IMG/VR virus record: IMGVR_UViG_3300017754_002862
Location: 1 to 34,677 of that record
Strand: one strand, 5' to 3'
Origin: a virus
Taxonomy: Duplodnaviria; Caudoviricetes
Length of the DNA stretch: 34,677 nt
This document shows, in pieces, positions 1 through 9,602 of the stretch. How positions within the stretch are numbered: position 1 is the first letter of the stretch; every line of letters begins with the position of its first letter. The notes under the pieces are model-generated. The model did no database searches. It was given only the letters and a program-made list of their open reading frames with translations, and was not told where the DNA came from. The position numbers and the translations under genes were made by a program.

Positions 1-2
1 CT

Positions 3-1661
3 GACACCAATGGTACAAACAATCAAATTTTGCTTGCGCACCCCGGTCAAAATCTAGTTGACATCAACAATAGTGTAGACACACCTGTTCTTGGCAATGT
101 GATTGGTACAACCACTGCAAGCGCAATTGGTGTGTTCACTATTGCAGCAACACTAAATTCAACCACAACGATTACAGTGGCATCAACTACACAGATTGGT
201 GCAGGCCAGCTAGTATCAGGCACTAACATTCCAAGTGGTGCAACGGTGACTGTTGTGAACAATTCCACTACATTTACAATCTCAGCTGCAGCCACAGGCT
301 CAGGCTCTGTAACGTTAACAATCAACAATCAGATTTCTGTGTCAGGCGGTGTGGTTGTGTTGCACCCATATGTGTTTGTGTATGGAAATGCAGGGTTAAT
401 CCAAAACTGTTCGGCAGGTAATATTAATGATTGGGTGTCTGCCGATGCAAACGTGGTTAACGTAGCAACAGGAAAGATAGTCCAAGGTTTACCTGTTCGG
501 GGTGGTACGACATCGCCTTCAGGGTTATTCTGGTCAATCGATTCATTAATCCGTGTGTCCTATACGCCTACTACCGTAAACTCAGGCGGTATAACATCTA
601 CTTTGTACTGGCGGTATGACTTAATCTCTAGTCAGTCATCTATTTTGTCTAGCCAATCAGTGATTGAGTATGACGGCATCTATTATTGGTGCGGTGTTGA
701 CCGGTTTTTGATGTACAACGGTGTTGTAAAAGAGATACCAAACCCATTTAACCAGAACTATTTCTTTGACAATCTAAACTATGATCAAAGAGAAAAAGTC
801 TTTGTGACTAAAGTACCTAGATTTGGTGAAGTGTGGTGGTTTTACCCTAAAGGCAGTTCTACTGAATGCAATGATGCCATCATCTACAATATTCGTGAAA
901 ACTGCTGGTACGATGCTGGTGAAGCGCTAGGCTCAAGAAGATCAGATGGCTACTTTTCACAAGTGTTTCACTACCCTATCAATGCTGATTGGAATGTAAA
1001 TGCGACAGGCGGCGTAAATTTGTTCACTATTACTAATGCAGGTACCGGCTATGCCAATGGTACTTACACATTTAATAATTTGGTAGGTGGTGCAGGCACA
1101 GGTGCACAAGCATCATTTACAGTGTCAGGCGGCGTAGTTACCAACTTTACAATTACTGCAAGAGGGTTAAACTACGTAGTAGGTAATACACTAACTATTA
1201 GCTTGGCCACTGCAGGCACGCCATTTAGCATTACATTAACTTATGTGATGTCGTATGTGTCACTATATCAGCACGAGTTCGGCACTGATGCAATCCAAGG
1301 TGTGGTTGCAACGGCAATTGAAAGCTATTTTGAGACTAATGATCTTGGCTGGGTATCAGGCGGCCCATCACAAAGCTCACCTATGGGTGAAAATAGATGG
1401 CTTCGTATTGAGCGTGTAGAACCTGACTTTGTGCAAACAGGCACTATGCAATGCTATGTAACTGGTCGCCCATTTGCACAAGCTACTGATAAAGTTAGTG
1501 ACGCGTATGACTTTACGCCAACAACTAACAAGATTGATATGCGTGAGCAACGTCGAGAACTAAGATTAAAGTTTGTTAGCAATGTGCAAGGTGGTAACTA
1601 CCAATTAGGTAAAGTGATAGTGAATGCCGAGCTTGGTGATGTACGAGGCTACAGCACATGA
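3..1661 (+). CDS. Tail tube/packaged-DNA stabilisation-type virion protein (5' partial)
   Basis: The frame is open from base 3 (DTNGTNNQILLAHPG...), so the gene starts before the window. It is beta-rich with YYWCGVDRFLMYNG, FGEVWWFYP and C-terminal RIERVEPDF...REQRRELRLKFVSN segments typical of podophage tail tube B/gp10-like proteins, and lies just before the ejection genes. Confidence 0.65.
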   Translation, partial: DTNGTNNQILLAHPGQNLVDINNSVDTPVLGNVIGTTTASAIGVFTIAATLNSTTTITVASTTQIGAGQLVSGTNIPSGATVTVVNNSTTFTISAAATGSGSVTLTINNQISVSGGVVVLHPYVFVYGNAGLIQNCSAGNINDWVSADANVVNVATGKIVQGLPVRGGTTSPSGLFWSIDSLIRVSYTPTTVNSGGITSTLYWRYDLISSQSSILSSQSVIEYDGIYYWCGVDRFLMYNGVVKEIPNPFNQNYFFDNLNYDQREKVFVTKVPRFGEVWWFYPKGSSTECNDAIIYNIRENCWYDAGEALGSRRSDGYFSQVFHYPINADWNVNATGGVNLFTITNAGTGYANGTYTFNNLVGGAGTGAQASFTVSGGVVTNFTITARGLNYVVGNTLTISLATAGTPFSITLTYVMSYVSLYQHEFGTDAIQGVVATAIESYFETNDLGWVSGGPSQSSPMGENRWLRIERVEPDFVQTGTMQCYVTGRPFAQATDKVSDAYDFTPTTNKIDMREQRRELRLKFVSNVQGGNYQLGKVIVNAELGDVRGYST

Positions 1662-1912
1662 CAATAGGTGTTGTCTATGATCCGCGCAATTTGTCATGGG
1701 ACCAATGGGCGTCTTTAATGTGTGAAGCCTATGCAGGTCAGCAGCTTGAGATACCGCATGATGAGAACAAGTGGCAAGAATGGGCAAATGGTTTTCATGG
1801 CATTGGCTTATTTGGCAGTGATGCTGTGCCTAGTGCATCATCATTTGCGCGATGGCAAGACTGGGCGCAAGCTGTAGTTGGTGCTGTAGCAAATCAAACA
1901 CAACAGACATAA
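1658..1912 (+). CDS. Small Trp-rich phage virion-module protein
   Basis: 84 aa, ATGA overlap with the upstream stop, repeated W-x-x-W-A helices (WDQWA, WQEWA, WQDWA). Confidence 0.6.
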   Translation: MTIGVVYDPRNLSWDQWASLMCEAYAGQQLEIPHDENKWQEWANGFHGIGLFGSDAVPSASSFARWQDWAQAVVGAVANQTQQT

Positions 1913-1918
1913 AGATAT

Positions 1919-4009
1919 ATGGCTACATCATTTCCATCAGTTGAACAGTTAAACAAGGCAAGAACAGAAGCTAGTCAGTTTGCTGGTGGGCCAACTTATT
2001 CGCTCACATTTACTGTAGACGGCAAACAATACAGTTATATACCTAGTAACATTGCTGAAAATGGTGGTATGACTGCAGGCAGCAACACATACTTGCTGCC
2101 TTATTTCACAAACTTAGACAATTTAAGAGACTTTGGCAGTAAGGCTCAAGAAGTTGATTTATCAACTACGGGTGTAAATAACTATCTTAAAAGCCAAGGC
2201 TTATCAGAAAAGGGATATTTAGTCCCATTTGCCTCTGTGCCTTTTGATAGCGTCGTTAACCCAATACCTACTGAAGTATTTGGTGGTGAGTTAAATGGTT
2301 TAAAAGTTATTGATGGGCAAGTTTCTTATGGTCTTAGCGGCGGCCATGGCAGAAGATACGCCACTACTACAGGCGAGGTACATGACCCATACATTAAACA
2401 GAATGATAGTTTTTTAGCCGGCCTTGGGTCAGTAATTCAAAACATGGGGCCGTTGGCAGGGTTTATAGGCAACCTAATAGCGCCGGGTCTTGGAACTGGA
2501 ATATCAGTAGGCACTGCTATTGCCCAAGGTGCTAGTCCAGAAGACCTTGCAAAAAGTTATATTGCCGCGCAACTTGGAAATCAGGTTGGTGCAGAAGTTG
2601 GGGCTCAAACAGGCTCCACTACTGCAGGTTCTATAGCTGGAAGTACTGCAAGTGGCATTATTGCAGGACAATCACCAGAAGATGCATTGTCAAATGCGGC
2701 TATCAAGGCTGGAATGTCTGAAGCCACATCAGGCACACCTAGTACTGGCGCACTTTCCGGCGGCACACAAGTAGCATCTTCTGATGGTGGGTTACCTAGA
2801 GTTGAGATGTCTGGTGCGCCTATTTATGCTGAGAGCGCATCTGCAAATACAGTAAGTGCGCCAGTTGGCTATGACTTAATGCCTGCATCGATGTCTGATC
2901 AAAGGCCTGAAGGTTCTTATTATGATCAATATCAAAATGCATGGTTTATGCCTAATGCAGAAGATGCACAAGCATTAAAAGACCTGCAAGCACAATTACA
3001 GAACCCTACAGATACATCTACAACTCCACAGTTATCTACTGGGTCTACAGACTTTATACCTCCAGTACTACCTACCACAACTGATACTTCTGGCTCAGGC
3101 ACAAGCGTAGGGGTTGATACAACAACAGGCGCATTACCAACTACAACAGAACCGCCTGTTACAGAAATTCCAGAAGTTGTAGTTACAGCGCCTAGAGACC
3201 CATATACTGGTGATGTTGAGATGGACTTAAGTGGTACACCTACCACAACTACCCCTGCCAAAATTACTACTGGTACAGGCCCGTCAACGCCTACATCTGG
3301 ATTGTCTGCTGTAGGTGGTTCTAATCTTGGACAAACTACAACAGCTGGAGCAACAGCTGGAGCATTACCTACTGCGCCATCAGCCACAATGCTGGCAGCA
3401 GCCCCTTTGGAGAAACAAAACATGGTACTAAGTGAACTTACACAACTTTACCCTCAGCTTGCAAACGTTGACCCTCGATTACTGCAAGTCTTATCAGGCA
3501 AATCTAAACCAACTAGTTACTACAACTATGGCTCATCAGGCGGTGGTTCTACGCCGTTAATGAATGCAGGTTCTGCAACAATGCCTGCTTCAGGTATGCC
3601 ATTTAAAGCATCTACTACAGGATCTAGCAATCTGGCAGGTTTAACTTCATCAACTGGTGCCGGTGCATTGGCAAGAGCAGGCCTTAGCATGTTAGATAGT
3701 GGTAACAGCATTGCAGGTTTTGCCAAAGGCGGACTTGCTGAGCACAATCCTGAGTTTATCACCGGCGCCACTGGGCACCATGTCAAAGGCGAAGGCGATG
3801 GGCAGTCAGACAGCATTCCTGCCATGTTAGCAGATGGTGAGTATGTGTTTGATGCAGACACAGTTGCAGCACTTGGCAATGGTTCAAATGATGCAGGTGC
3901 TGCAATCTTGGATAAAATGCGACAAAACATCCGTAAACATAAACGATCAGCACCAGCGGGAAAGATTCCGCCTAAAGCCAAGTCACCCCTAGAATATATG
4001 AAAGGCTAA
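1919..4009 (+). CDS. Probable internal virion/ejection protein with C-terminal GDGQSDSIPAMLADGEYV domain
   Basis: 696 aa. Has a Gly/Ala hydrophobic segment, a long Thr/Pro/Ser linker, and a C-terminal FAKGG...GEGDGQSDSIPAMLADGEYVF motif of the kind seen in phage tape-measure/ejection proteins. Confidence 0.6.
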   Translation: MATSFPSVEQLNKARTEASQFAGGPTYSLTFTVDGKQYSYIPSNIAENGGMTAGSNTYLLPYFTNLDNLRDFGSKAQEVDLSTTGVNNYLKSQGLSEKGYLVPFASVPFDSVVNPIPTEVFGGELNGLKVIDGQVSYGLSGGHGRRYATTTGEVHDPYIKQNDSFLAGLGSVIQNMGPLAGFIGNLIAPGLGTGISVGTAIAQGASPEDLAKSYIAAQLGNQVGAEVGAQTGSTTAGSIAGSTASGIIAGQSPEDALSNAAIKAGMSEATSGTPSTGALSGGTQVASSDGGLPRVEMSGAPIYAESASANTVSAPVGYDLMPASMSDQRPEGSYYDQYQNAWFMPNAEDAQALKDLQAQLQNPTDTSTTPQLSTGSTDFIPPVLPTTTDTSGSGTSVGVDTTTGALPTTTEPPVTEIPEVVVTAPRDPYTGDVEMDLSGTPTTTTPAKITTGTGPSTPTSGLSAVGGSNLGQTTTAGATAGALPTAPSATMLAAAPLEKQNMVLSELTQLYPQLANVDPRLLQVLSGKSKPTSYYNYGSSGGGSTPLMNAGSATMPASGMPFKASTTGSSNLAGLTSSTGAGALARAGLSMLDSGNSIAGFAKGGLAEHNPEFITGATGHHVKGEGDGQSDSIPAMLADGEYVFDADTVAALGNGSNDAGAAILDKMRQNIRKHKRSAPAGKIPPKAKSPLEYMKG

Positions 4010-4011
4010 TC

Positions 4012-5043
4012 ATGGCAATTACACAAGGCAGCCCGTTACCGAATATTACGACCACGCAAGGTCAAACAACTACCGCGCCTAGTTGGTACACTGATTACTT
4101 AAGTAATTTAGCAGGTAATGTAACTAGCCAGACTACAGGACCAAATGCTGCTCAGTATGTAGGTGCTCAACCACTACAACAGCAAGCATTTCAAGCAGCT
4201 GGTGCGCTTCCTGGGACTTATCAGCCTACATTAAATCAAGCAACAGGCTTAGCATCTGGTGTAGGCGAAGCCGATGTGGCAGCCAATGTCAACCGGTTTA
4301 TGACGCCTTATACACAGAATGTGGTAAATGCATTAGGTGATCTAGGTCAAAGGAATATTAGCCAGTTTTTGGCACCTCAAGCCACAGCGGCATCTGTAGG
4401 CTCAGGCCAATTTGGTTCAAAGCGTGGTGCAGAAGTACTAGGTCAAGCCATCAACACTGGACTGCAAAACTTAAACTTAAATCAAGCACAGGCATTACAA
4501 ACCGGTTATGGCCAAGCACTTACTGCAGCACAGCAAGAACAGGCAAACAAGCTTGCAGCATCATCACAACTAGGTAACTTGGCCACTACAGGTCAGAACA
4601 TGGGATTGGCTGATATTAATGCGCTGTCTACCATGGGCGGGCAACAGCAAACGATTGCACAAAATGAGCAGTTGTTTCCGCTACAAACATTAAATACTGG
4701 TGCTCAAGCACTTCGTGGTTATCAAGTCCCTACAGCAGTCAATTCAACATATACCGGACCAATCCCAGGCGCTTATTCTGCTTCTCCATTGCAGCAAATT
4801 GCAGGCATTGGCTCATTGCTATCTGCAGCAAGCACCTCAGCATCTGGTCAGCCTACGTCATTTGGCAATTGGCTAGGTCGTCAACTAACATCAGCAGGTA
4901 GTGGTATTGGCGATCTGTTTGGAAGTAACACAGGTATGAGCGGTGTAACAAACGACGGCCTCAACTTCTTGATGGGTACTGGTGCAAACGACGTCCCATA
5001 CCCAAGAGACGCAAGTGGTAATGTTATTACCGACGGAGAATAA
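4012..5043 (+). CDS. Probable DNA-transfer/pilot (ejection) protein
   Basis: 343 aa, Gln/Ala/Gly-rich with few charged residues; motifs TTAPSWY, FMTPYTQNVV, GQFGSKRG; AAAGG RBS; located after the tail genes. Confidence 0.6.
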   Translation: MAITQGSPLPNITTTQGQTTTAPSWYTDYLSNLAGNVTSQTTGPNAAQYVGAQPLQQQAFQAAGALPGTYQPTLNQATGLASGVGEADVAANVNRFMTPYTQNVVNALGDLGQRNISQFLAPQATAASVGSGQFGSKRGAEVLGQAINTGLQNLNLNQAQALQTGYGQALTAAQQEQANKLAASSQLGNLATTGQNMGLADINALSTMGGQQQTIAQNEQLFPLQTLNTGAQALRGYQVPTAVNSTYTGPIPGAYSASPLQQIAGIGSLLSAASTSASGQPTSFGNWLGRQLTSAGSGIGDLFGSNTGMSGVTNDGLNFLMGTGANDVPYPRDASGNVITDGE

Positions 5044-5045
5044 TC

Positions 5046-6713
5046 ATGGCACTACCTACAACAGTCCCAGCAGCGCCTTCTATGCTAGGTGCTGATGATG
5101 CGGCAAAAACAGAGTATTTTGCTGCATTACAGAAGACACTAAATGCTCTTGAGATGAGGGCCAATCAAGGCCCTAATATGTACCAAGTGGCTGGTGCATT
5201 GTTTGATCCAGGGCGCACAGGTAGTACAGGTGAAGCCATTGGTAGAGTGGCTAATGTTGTAGGCGCACAGCAAGAACGTCAAAAAGAGATGGAAGTGCCA
5301 TTGTCGCAAATGAAGTTGCAGATTGCGGGTCAAAAGTATGAAGTTGAAAATCAATCAAAAGCGTTAATGCTGCTTGCAAAAGCTATTGGTGCACCACCTG
5401 AACTAGTTGCACAAAAACTAGCTGATGGCACATTACCGCCTTCTGCACTTTCAAAATTAACGCCTGAGCTTTACATGCAGATTTCTATGCTGTCGCCTAA
5501 AGTGGCAGAGATTGTTAAGAACGTGCATGGTATGGGCATTGAAGAACAAAAGCTTTTTGAGTCACGTCGTACAGCTGCAGGTTCACAAGCAGGCATGATG
5601 GCTGAAACGCCAGGCGTTGAACAGCTTATTCCTCAACAGTTTAGACTACTTAATCCGCCGTCAGCCACACAGCCTGTTGCAAAGCCCCCTGGCCCACCGT
5701 CTATGATTACGCCTCCTGCAGCAGCACCAGCGCCTGCGCCAGCTGTGGTACCACCTGTGTCAGCAGCGCCGCCTGTATCAATAGCACCTGTAACAGCGGC
5801 ATCGCCACTGAATGCAGTACCTATTGATAAGATGAAACAAGCGCTTGTTGACAATGCAATTGCAAAGAGTTCAGCATCTTCAGCAGCGCCATCTACCATT
5901 GTGCCTCCGCCACCTGCATCAATGATGCTAAATAGTTCAGACATTGCGCCTGTGCCAAATACATTCATTAACTCTCGTACAGGTACAGTGCCAGACGTTA
6001 AACCTGCACAAAATGTTGTAGCTGCTGCAAGTAAATTTGCGCCTGAAGTATCACTAAGAGGTCAAGCAGATATTGCCAAGAAACGTGTTGAAGAGACTGA
6101 CAAGCCTTGGGTTGCTAAACGCGATGAGATTGTCAATTACACCCCTCAAACATTAGAGCAATCAAACTCTAATTTGCGTGAACTTGATAAGCTTGCAGCA
6201 AAGTACCCTCAAGTATTTGGCATGATGCTAAAGCAAGGATTGATTGCAGGTCTTGCAACTGTTGCACAAGAAGGCGCAACATTGTCAGTTAATGACTACA
6301 ACGTAAGAGCTGGTTTGCCTGTACAAAAATTCTTAGAGTCCGTTAAGTTAGAGCCTGCAGAACAGCAAATTGTTCGTGATGTTAATCGCATCTTTGCATC
6401 TGAATTTTTGGCCAACGTAAAAACTAATAAAGGTTTACTAGGTACACAGCCTACTGACAATGACGCAAGACTGTTGCAGGCGCCAATGGCAAATATTGCT
6501 GATAATTCCAGAGCTGTACAGCAATGGGCACGTACTCAACTATTGTTGAATAAGCAACGTGAAGCATTGCATGGTGCGTATTTAGATCATCTTGATACGG
6601 CAGGCCCAACTGCGCCGCCTGCCAGCTTTTTTAGGAAAGGTAGTTTGTATGACAAAATCAATAAAGACTACTCTGACTATCGCAAGCAGCTTGATGGCCA
6701 GTTTAAAAAATAA
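5046..6713 (+). CDS. Probable internal virion/ejection protein
   Basis: 555 aa, helical N- and C-terminal domains around a Pro/Ala-rich linker; GGAG RBS; same operon context. Confidence 0.5.
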   Translation: MALPTTVPAAPSMLGADDAAKTEYFAALQKTLNALEMRANQGPNMYQVAGALFDPGRTGSTGEAIGRVANVVGAQQERQKEMEVPLSQMKLQIAGQKYEVENQSKALMLLAKAIGAPPELVAQKLADGTLPPSALSKLTPELYMQISMLSPKVAEIVKNVHGMGIEEQKLFESRRTAAGSQAGMMAETPGVEQLIPQQFRLLNPPSATQPVAKPPGPPSMITPPAAAPAPAPAVVPPVSAAPPVSIAPVTAASPLNAVPIDKMKQALVDNAIAKSSASSAAPSTIVPPPPASMMLNSSDIAPVPNTFINSRTGTVPDVKPAQNVVAAASKFAPEVSLRGQADIAKKRVEETDKPWVAKRDEIVNYTPQTLEQSNSNLRELDKLAAKYPQVFGMMLKQGLIAGLATVAQEGATLSVNDYNVRAGLPVQKFLESVKLEPAEQQIVRDVNRIFASEFLANVKTNKGLLGTQPTDNDARLLQAPMANIADNSRAVQQWARTQLLLNKQREALHGAYLDHLDTAGPTAPPASFFRKGSLYDKINKDYSDYRKQLDGQFKK

Positions 6714-6722
6714 AAGGTTTAT

Positions 6723-7805
6723 ATGACTGATGCAAAACAACCTGACATATCGCAGTTAGACCCGCTGTTTAGAACACAGCCTGGGCAAGCTGCAACTGAT
6801 GAATCTACAGGCTCAGGTTTAGGCACATTAGACTCTATTTTTGATAACCCTATTGGGCCAAGTGCAGCAGCAACAGCAGCAGCTACAACTACTGCAGCAG
6901 CAAATAAAGACAAAGGTTCTGTATTTGGATTGCCAAAGAATGAAGAACGTGGCATAGCTGCAGTAACAGGCGTTGCAATAGGGCCTACTGCACAAAAGAT
7001 GGCCACTGCTGCATTTCCATCTAAAGAAACAAGATTGCAGCAAGCTGCAGAAAAGATTGAAAAAGAGCGTAAGTTGCAGCAAACAATGCAAGCTTTACGT
7101 GATGAAGAGCTGCTAAAGCGTGGTATCACACCACCATCTGCTGCTGCGTCAACTGTGGCAGATGATCTATTGCTAAAGCCTAAGACTTCAGGCGCAATTA
7201 ACTGGACAAATGCAATGACATCGGATATGCCAGAAGCATTGGCTTCTCAGGCTGAAAACATGCGAAAAGACAATCCTCGAGGCGGTCAAGCAATCATAGA
7301 TAAAAATACACTTGCAAGACAAAAAGTTGCTAATATGGGCCATAGTAACTACCAATTAGGTAGAACGCCCGGTGGTGTGCAATTGGCATTGCCGCCTAAT
7401 GTCACATCTGATTTAGAGAAGCAAGCCGCAGCAAGAACAGCACAAGCCACAACACAAGCAGAAACAGCTGCTGCAGCTAAAATGGCTCAAGCCGCACCGG
7501 GCCCATTATCACGTGCTGGCGCCATGTTAAAAGCACCATTCACAACAGGCGCATTAGGCGGTGCTGGTGCTGGTCTTAGCTTTTATGAAGCATATGACCG
7601 CTATATGAAAGGTGACCATTCAGGCGCAGTGATTGCAGCACTTGGTGGCGTAGGCGGTTTAATGACGATGGTCCCAGGCTTGCAGGCACCCGGGCTTGCG
7701 TTAGGGCTAGGTTCCATTCCACTACAGTATGCCAATGAGTATATCAAAGGCAATAGTGGGCAGCAACCTGCCCCAACTCCAATAGCTACGCCTGTTGGGC
7801 GTTGA
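6723..7805 (+). CDS. Probable ejection protein with C-terminal glycine-rich membrane-like helices
   Basis: 360 aa; AAAGG RBS; C-terminal GALGGAGAGLSF and AVIAALGGVGGLMTMVPGL glycine-zipper-like segments; last gene of the plus-strand block. Confidence 0.5.
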   Translation: MTDAKQPDISQLDPLFRTQPGQAATDESTGSGLGTLDSIFDNPIGPSAAATAAATTTAAANKDKGSVFGLPKNEERGIAAVTGVAIGPTAQKMATAAFPSKETRLQQAAEKIEKERKLQQTMQALRDEELLKRGITPPSAAASTVADDLLLKPKTSGAINWTNAMTSDMPEALASQAENMRKDNPRGGQAIIDKNTLARQKVANMGHSNYQLGRTPGGVQLALPPNVTSDLEKQAAARTAQATTQAETAAAAKMAQAAPGPLSRAGAMLKAPFTTGALGGAGAGLSFYEAYDRYMKGDHSGAVIAALGGVGGLMTMVPGLQAPGLALGLGSIPLQYANEYIKGNSGQQPAPTPIATPVGR

Positions 7806-8073
7806 TGATGTCAACAACCTTCTTAAGCATTGATGCTTGAAGTTGCTTAACCTCAGCTACATAGATGCTGGCGTCATCATCAAACTCTTTACTCATACCA
7901 AGTTGCAGGTCAGTTATGATGGCTTGTACGCACTTGGTTTTAGTTAAGATGCTACCTGTGTGGAAAGCCTCAATCCATACGTCGTAGCTATTGGCTTGCA
8001 TATGCTCATTGCCTGTATGTTTTAGCAGTTCAATCCACTCATCATAGGTTTTTTTGATGGTATCGTCTTTCAT
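7786..8073 (-). CDS. Hypothetical protein (95 aa)
   Basis: ATG at 8073 forms an ATGA overlap with the upstream stop and follows AAAGGGA, so it is preferred to the ORF-track start at 8100. Overlaps the convergent plus-strand gene by 20 bp. Confidence 0.6.
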   Translation of the reverse strand: MKDDTIKKTYDEWIELLKHTGNEHMQANSYDVWIEAFHTGSILTKTKCVQAIITDLQLGMSKEFDDDASIYVAEVKQLQASMLKKVVDIINAQQA

Positions 8074-8774
8074 ATGTCTTTCCCTTTCGTATGAAACCAC
8101 ATTCTTAGGCTGGTCATGCCGCCATCTATCAATACATGATTTGGAAACCGCTGGTACTTATGGTACAGTGGGTGATTAATGAAGTTCTTCATTAGTAGGT
8201 AGGCATCAGCATCAGGCGGAGACATGCCCATTGCACGGTCAGTATCAATACAACGAACTGCAAATGTCTCACCAAACTCTTTTTCTATTGAGTGCACCTG
8301 ATCTCCTAGCAAACCAATAATAGTAATCCTAGGCTTGAACAGTCTATTGCCTTCGTAGGCTGGGTTATGCTTTTGTAAGCCAAAGAAATGCTCCAGTTCC
8401 TGCACATCTTTTAGTTTGCCACGTACTTCATCTGCAATCTTATTAGCCAGATGCGTTGCAATAGCGTTGATGGCATCATCTAATGGGTCAATAGCCTCTA
8501 CCAGAGTAACTTGATGAGTCACAGGGGCCTCAGTTACAGGAGCTGTAGGGGTCTTTATAGGCTTAATGCCTTCTAAGGTTCTAGCCCTTACTTCTTTGGT
8601 GATGTCAACACAGCTTGAAGGAGTGTTTACTGGTCTTTGCCTATGCAAAGGTAGCACCAGCTTTTGTGCAGCCTTAACTGCCTCAAGCAATTTATAGCTT
8701 CTAAAATGCCGTAACTCCACAGCCTGTGTGATTACAGCTTCTCGTTCTTCATGTGTCCAGAAAACTTTTGTCAT
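8070..8774 (-). CDS. Protein with N-terminal helical domain and C-terminal DUF2325-like alpha/beta domain
   Basis: 234 aa. C-terminal ITIIGL...ADAYLLMKNFINH...LIDGGMTSLR pattern resembles DUF2325. Preceded by the repeated leader motif. Confidence 0.5.
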   Translation of the reverse strand: MTKVFWTHEEREAVITQAVELRHFRSYKLLEAVKAAQKLVLPLHRQRPVNTPSSCVDITKEVRARTLEGIKPIKTPTAPVTEAPVTHQVTLVEAIDPLDDAINAIATHLANKIADEVRGKLKDVQELEHFFGLQKHNPAYEGNRLFKPRITIIGLLGDQVHSIEKEFGETFAVRCIDTDRAMGMSPPDADAYLLMKNFINHPLYHKYQRFPNHVLIDGGMTSLRMWFHTKGKDI

Positions 8775-8777
8775 AAA

Positions 8778-8824
8778 TACCTTTCAATAGTCAAAAAAAT
8801 GTGGTTGCCCACGGAAAAATTATA
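8778..8824 (-). promoter_or_regulatory. -10 box TATAAT, GNRA hairpin and leader motif TTGACTATTGAAAGGTA
   Basis: On the minus strand, TATAAT (8819-8824) overlaps the stop of the TS-like gene, then GTGG-GCAA-CCAC (8801-8812), then the motif (8778-8794), 3 nt before the ATG at 8774. No clear -35. Confidence 0.55.
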
Positions 8825-9602
8825 CATTCAAAAGCCACTTTGAGAAGGCAAATTCAGGGTTTACGCTCTTCTCAATCAAGACGTGTGCTTCATACCTACT
8901 GATTCTAGGCGGCGCATCAGCTACAGGCACATGCTCAGCATTGCTAAGAATGCTATTGAACATAGTCATTCTGGATTCATACACATGGAATGAACCGGCA
9001 GAGATTGTTAGTGTCCCCATTTCAACATTAAGCAAAGTAGCCACAATTTCTTGTAGGAATGAGAAGGTAGGCAGGTCGTTTGCCATGCCCCACAAGATGT
9101 CTTGGCTTCTCATGATTGCACGAGCATTAAGCCTACCATTTCGTAGTCTGAATTCTATGGCAATAGTGCAAGGTACGTCTTTGGCTTCAGGGTCCATGTG
9201 GTCAGCACTGGAACCATACATTGGAATGACAGCCCTACGGCTCATAGGATCCTTGGTCAGTATCCGCTGAATAAACTTAATGCCATGTACACCAAACCAG
9301 TAGCTACCATAGTTGCTGTTAAGTTTGCCATTGAGAACTATCTTGCCCCACTGTGCAGCATGCTCAGCAATAGACAGGTCAGTTGGATCAGCATGAATGT
9401 ACCAAGCCATTTCACGCTTGAGGTACTTAACATTGAAGTTACGGCCTACAAAAGAATTGAACCTTACAAAAGGGTTGCAAGTGTAGGATACATTCTCAAG
9501 CTCTAGGCACCTTTCACCATTGGGGCTTGACCACTGGCCTTGGTTTGCAAGAACCTTGTATAGGTCAATCAGTTGCGCTTCATTTTTAATCTTGAGGTCC
9601 AT
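8820..9602 (-). CDS. Thymidylate-synthase-superfamily enzyme, T4 gp42-like dCMP hydroxymethylase (dCMP-modifying)
   Basis: Motifs YLKREMAWY, LNSNYG, SRRAVI, DVPCT (Cys145), MRSQDILWGMAND (Asp176) and AGSFHVY. The Cys-Asp spacing of 31 matches T4 gp42 C148/D179; dUMP enzymes have Asn at this position. Confidence 0.85.
   Translation of the reverse strand: MDLKIKNEAQLIDLYKVLANQGQWSSPNGERCLELENVSYTCNPFVRFNSFVGRNFNVKYLKREMAWYIHADPTDLSIAEHAAQWGKIVLNGKLNSNYGSYWFGVHGIKFIQRILTKDPMSRRAVIPMYGSSADHMDPEAKDVPCTIAIEFRLRNGRLNARAIMRSQDILWGMANDLPTFSFLQEIVATLLNVEMGTLTISAGSFHVYESRMTMFNSILSNAEHVPVADAPPRISRYEAHVLIEKSVNPEFAFSKWLLNV

Noticed and set aside
2932-3981. Antisense ORFs inside structural genes (also 5633-5968, 6719-7129, 30897-31262, 33024-33590 and others)
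   Set aside because: Shadow frames of strong sense genes, with no RBS or recognisable domains.
8820-9602. Ordinary thymidylate synthase (thyA) or dUMP hydroxymethylase
   Set aside because: Asp176 replaces the dUMP-selecting Asn, and NSNYG and AND motifs match the gp42 type.
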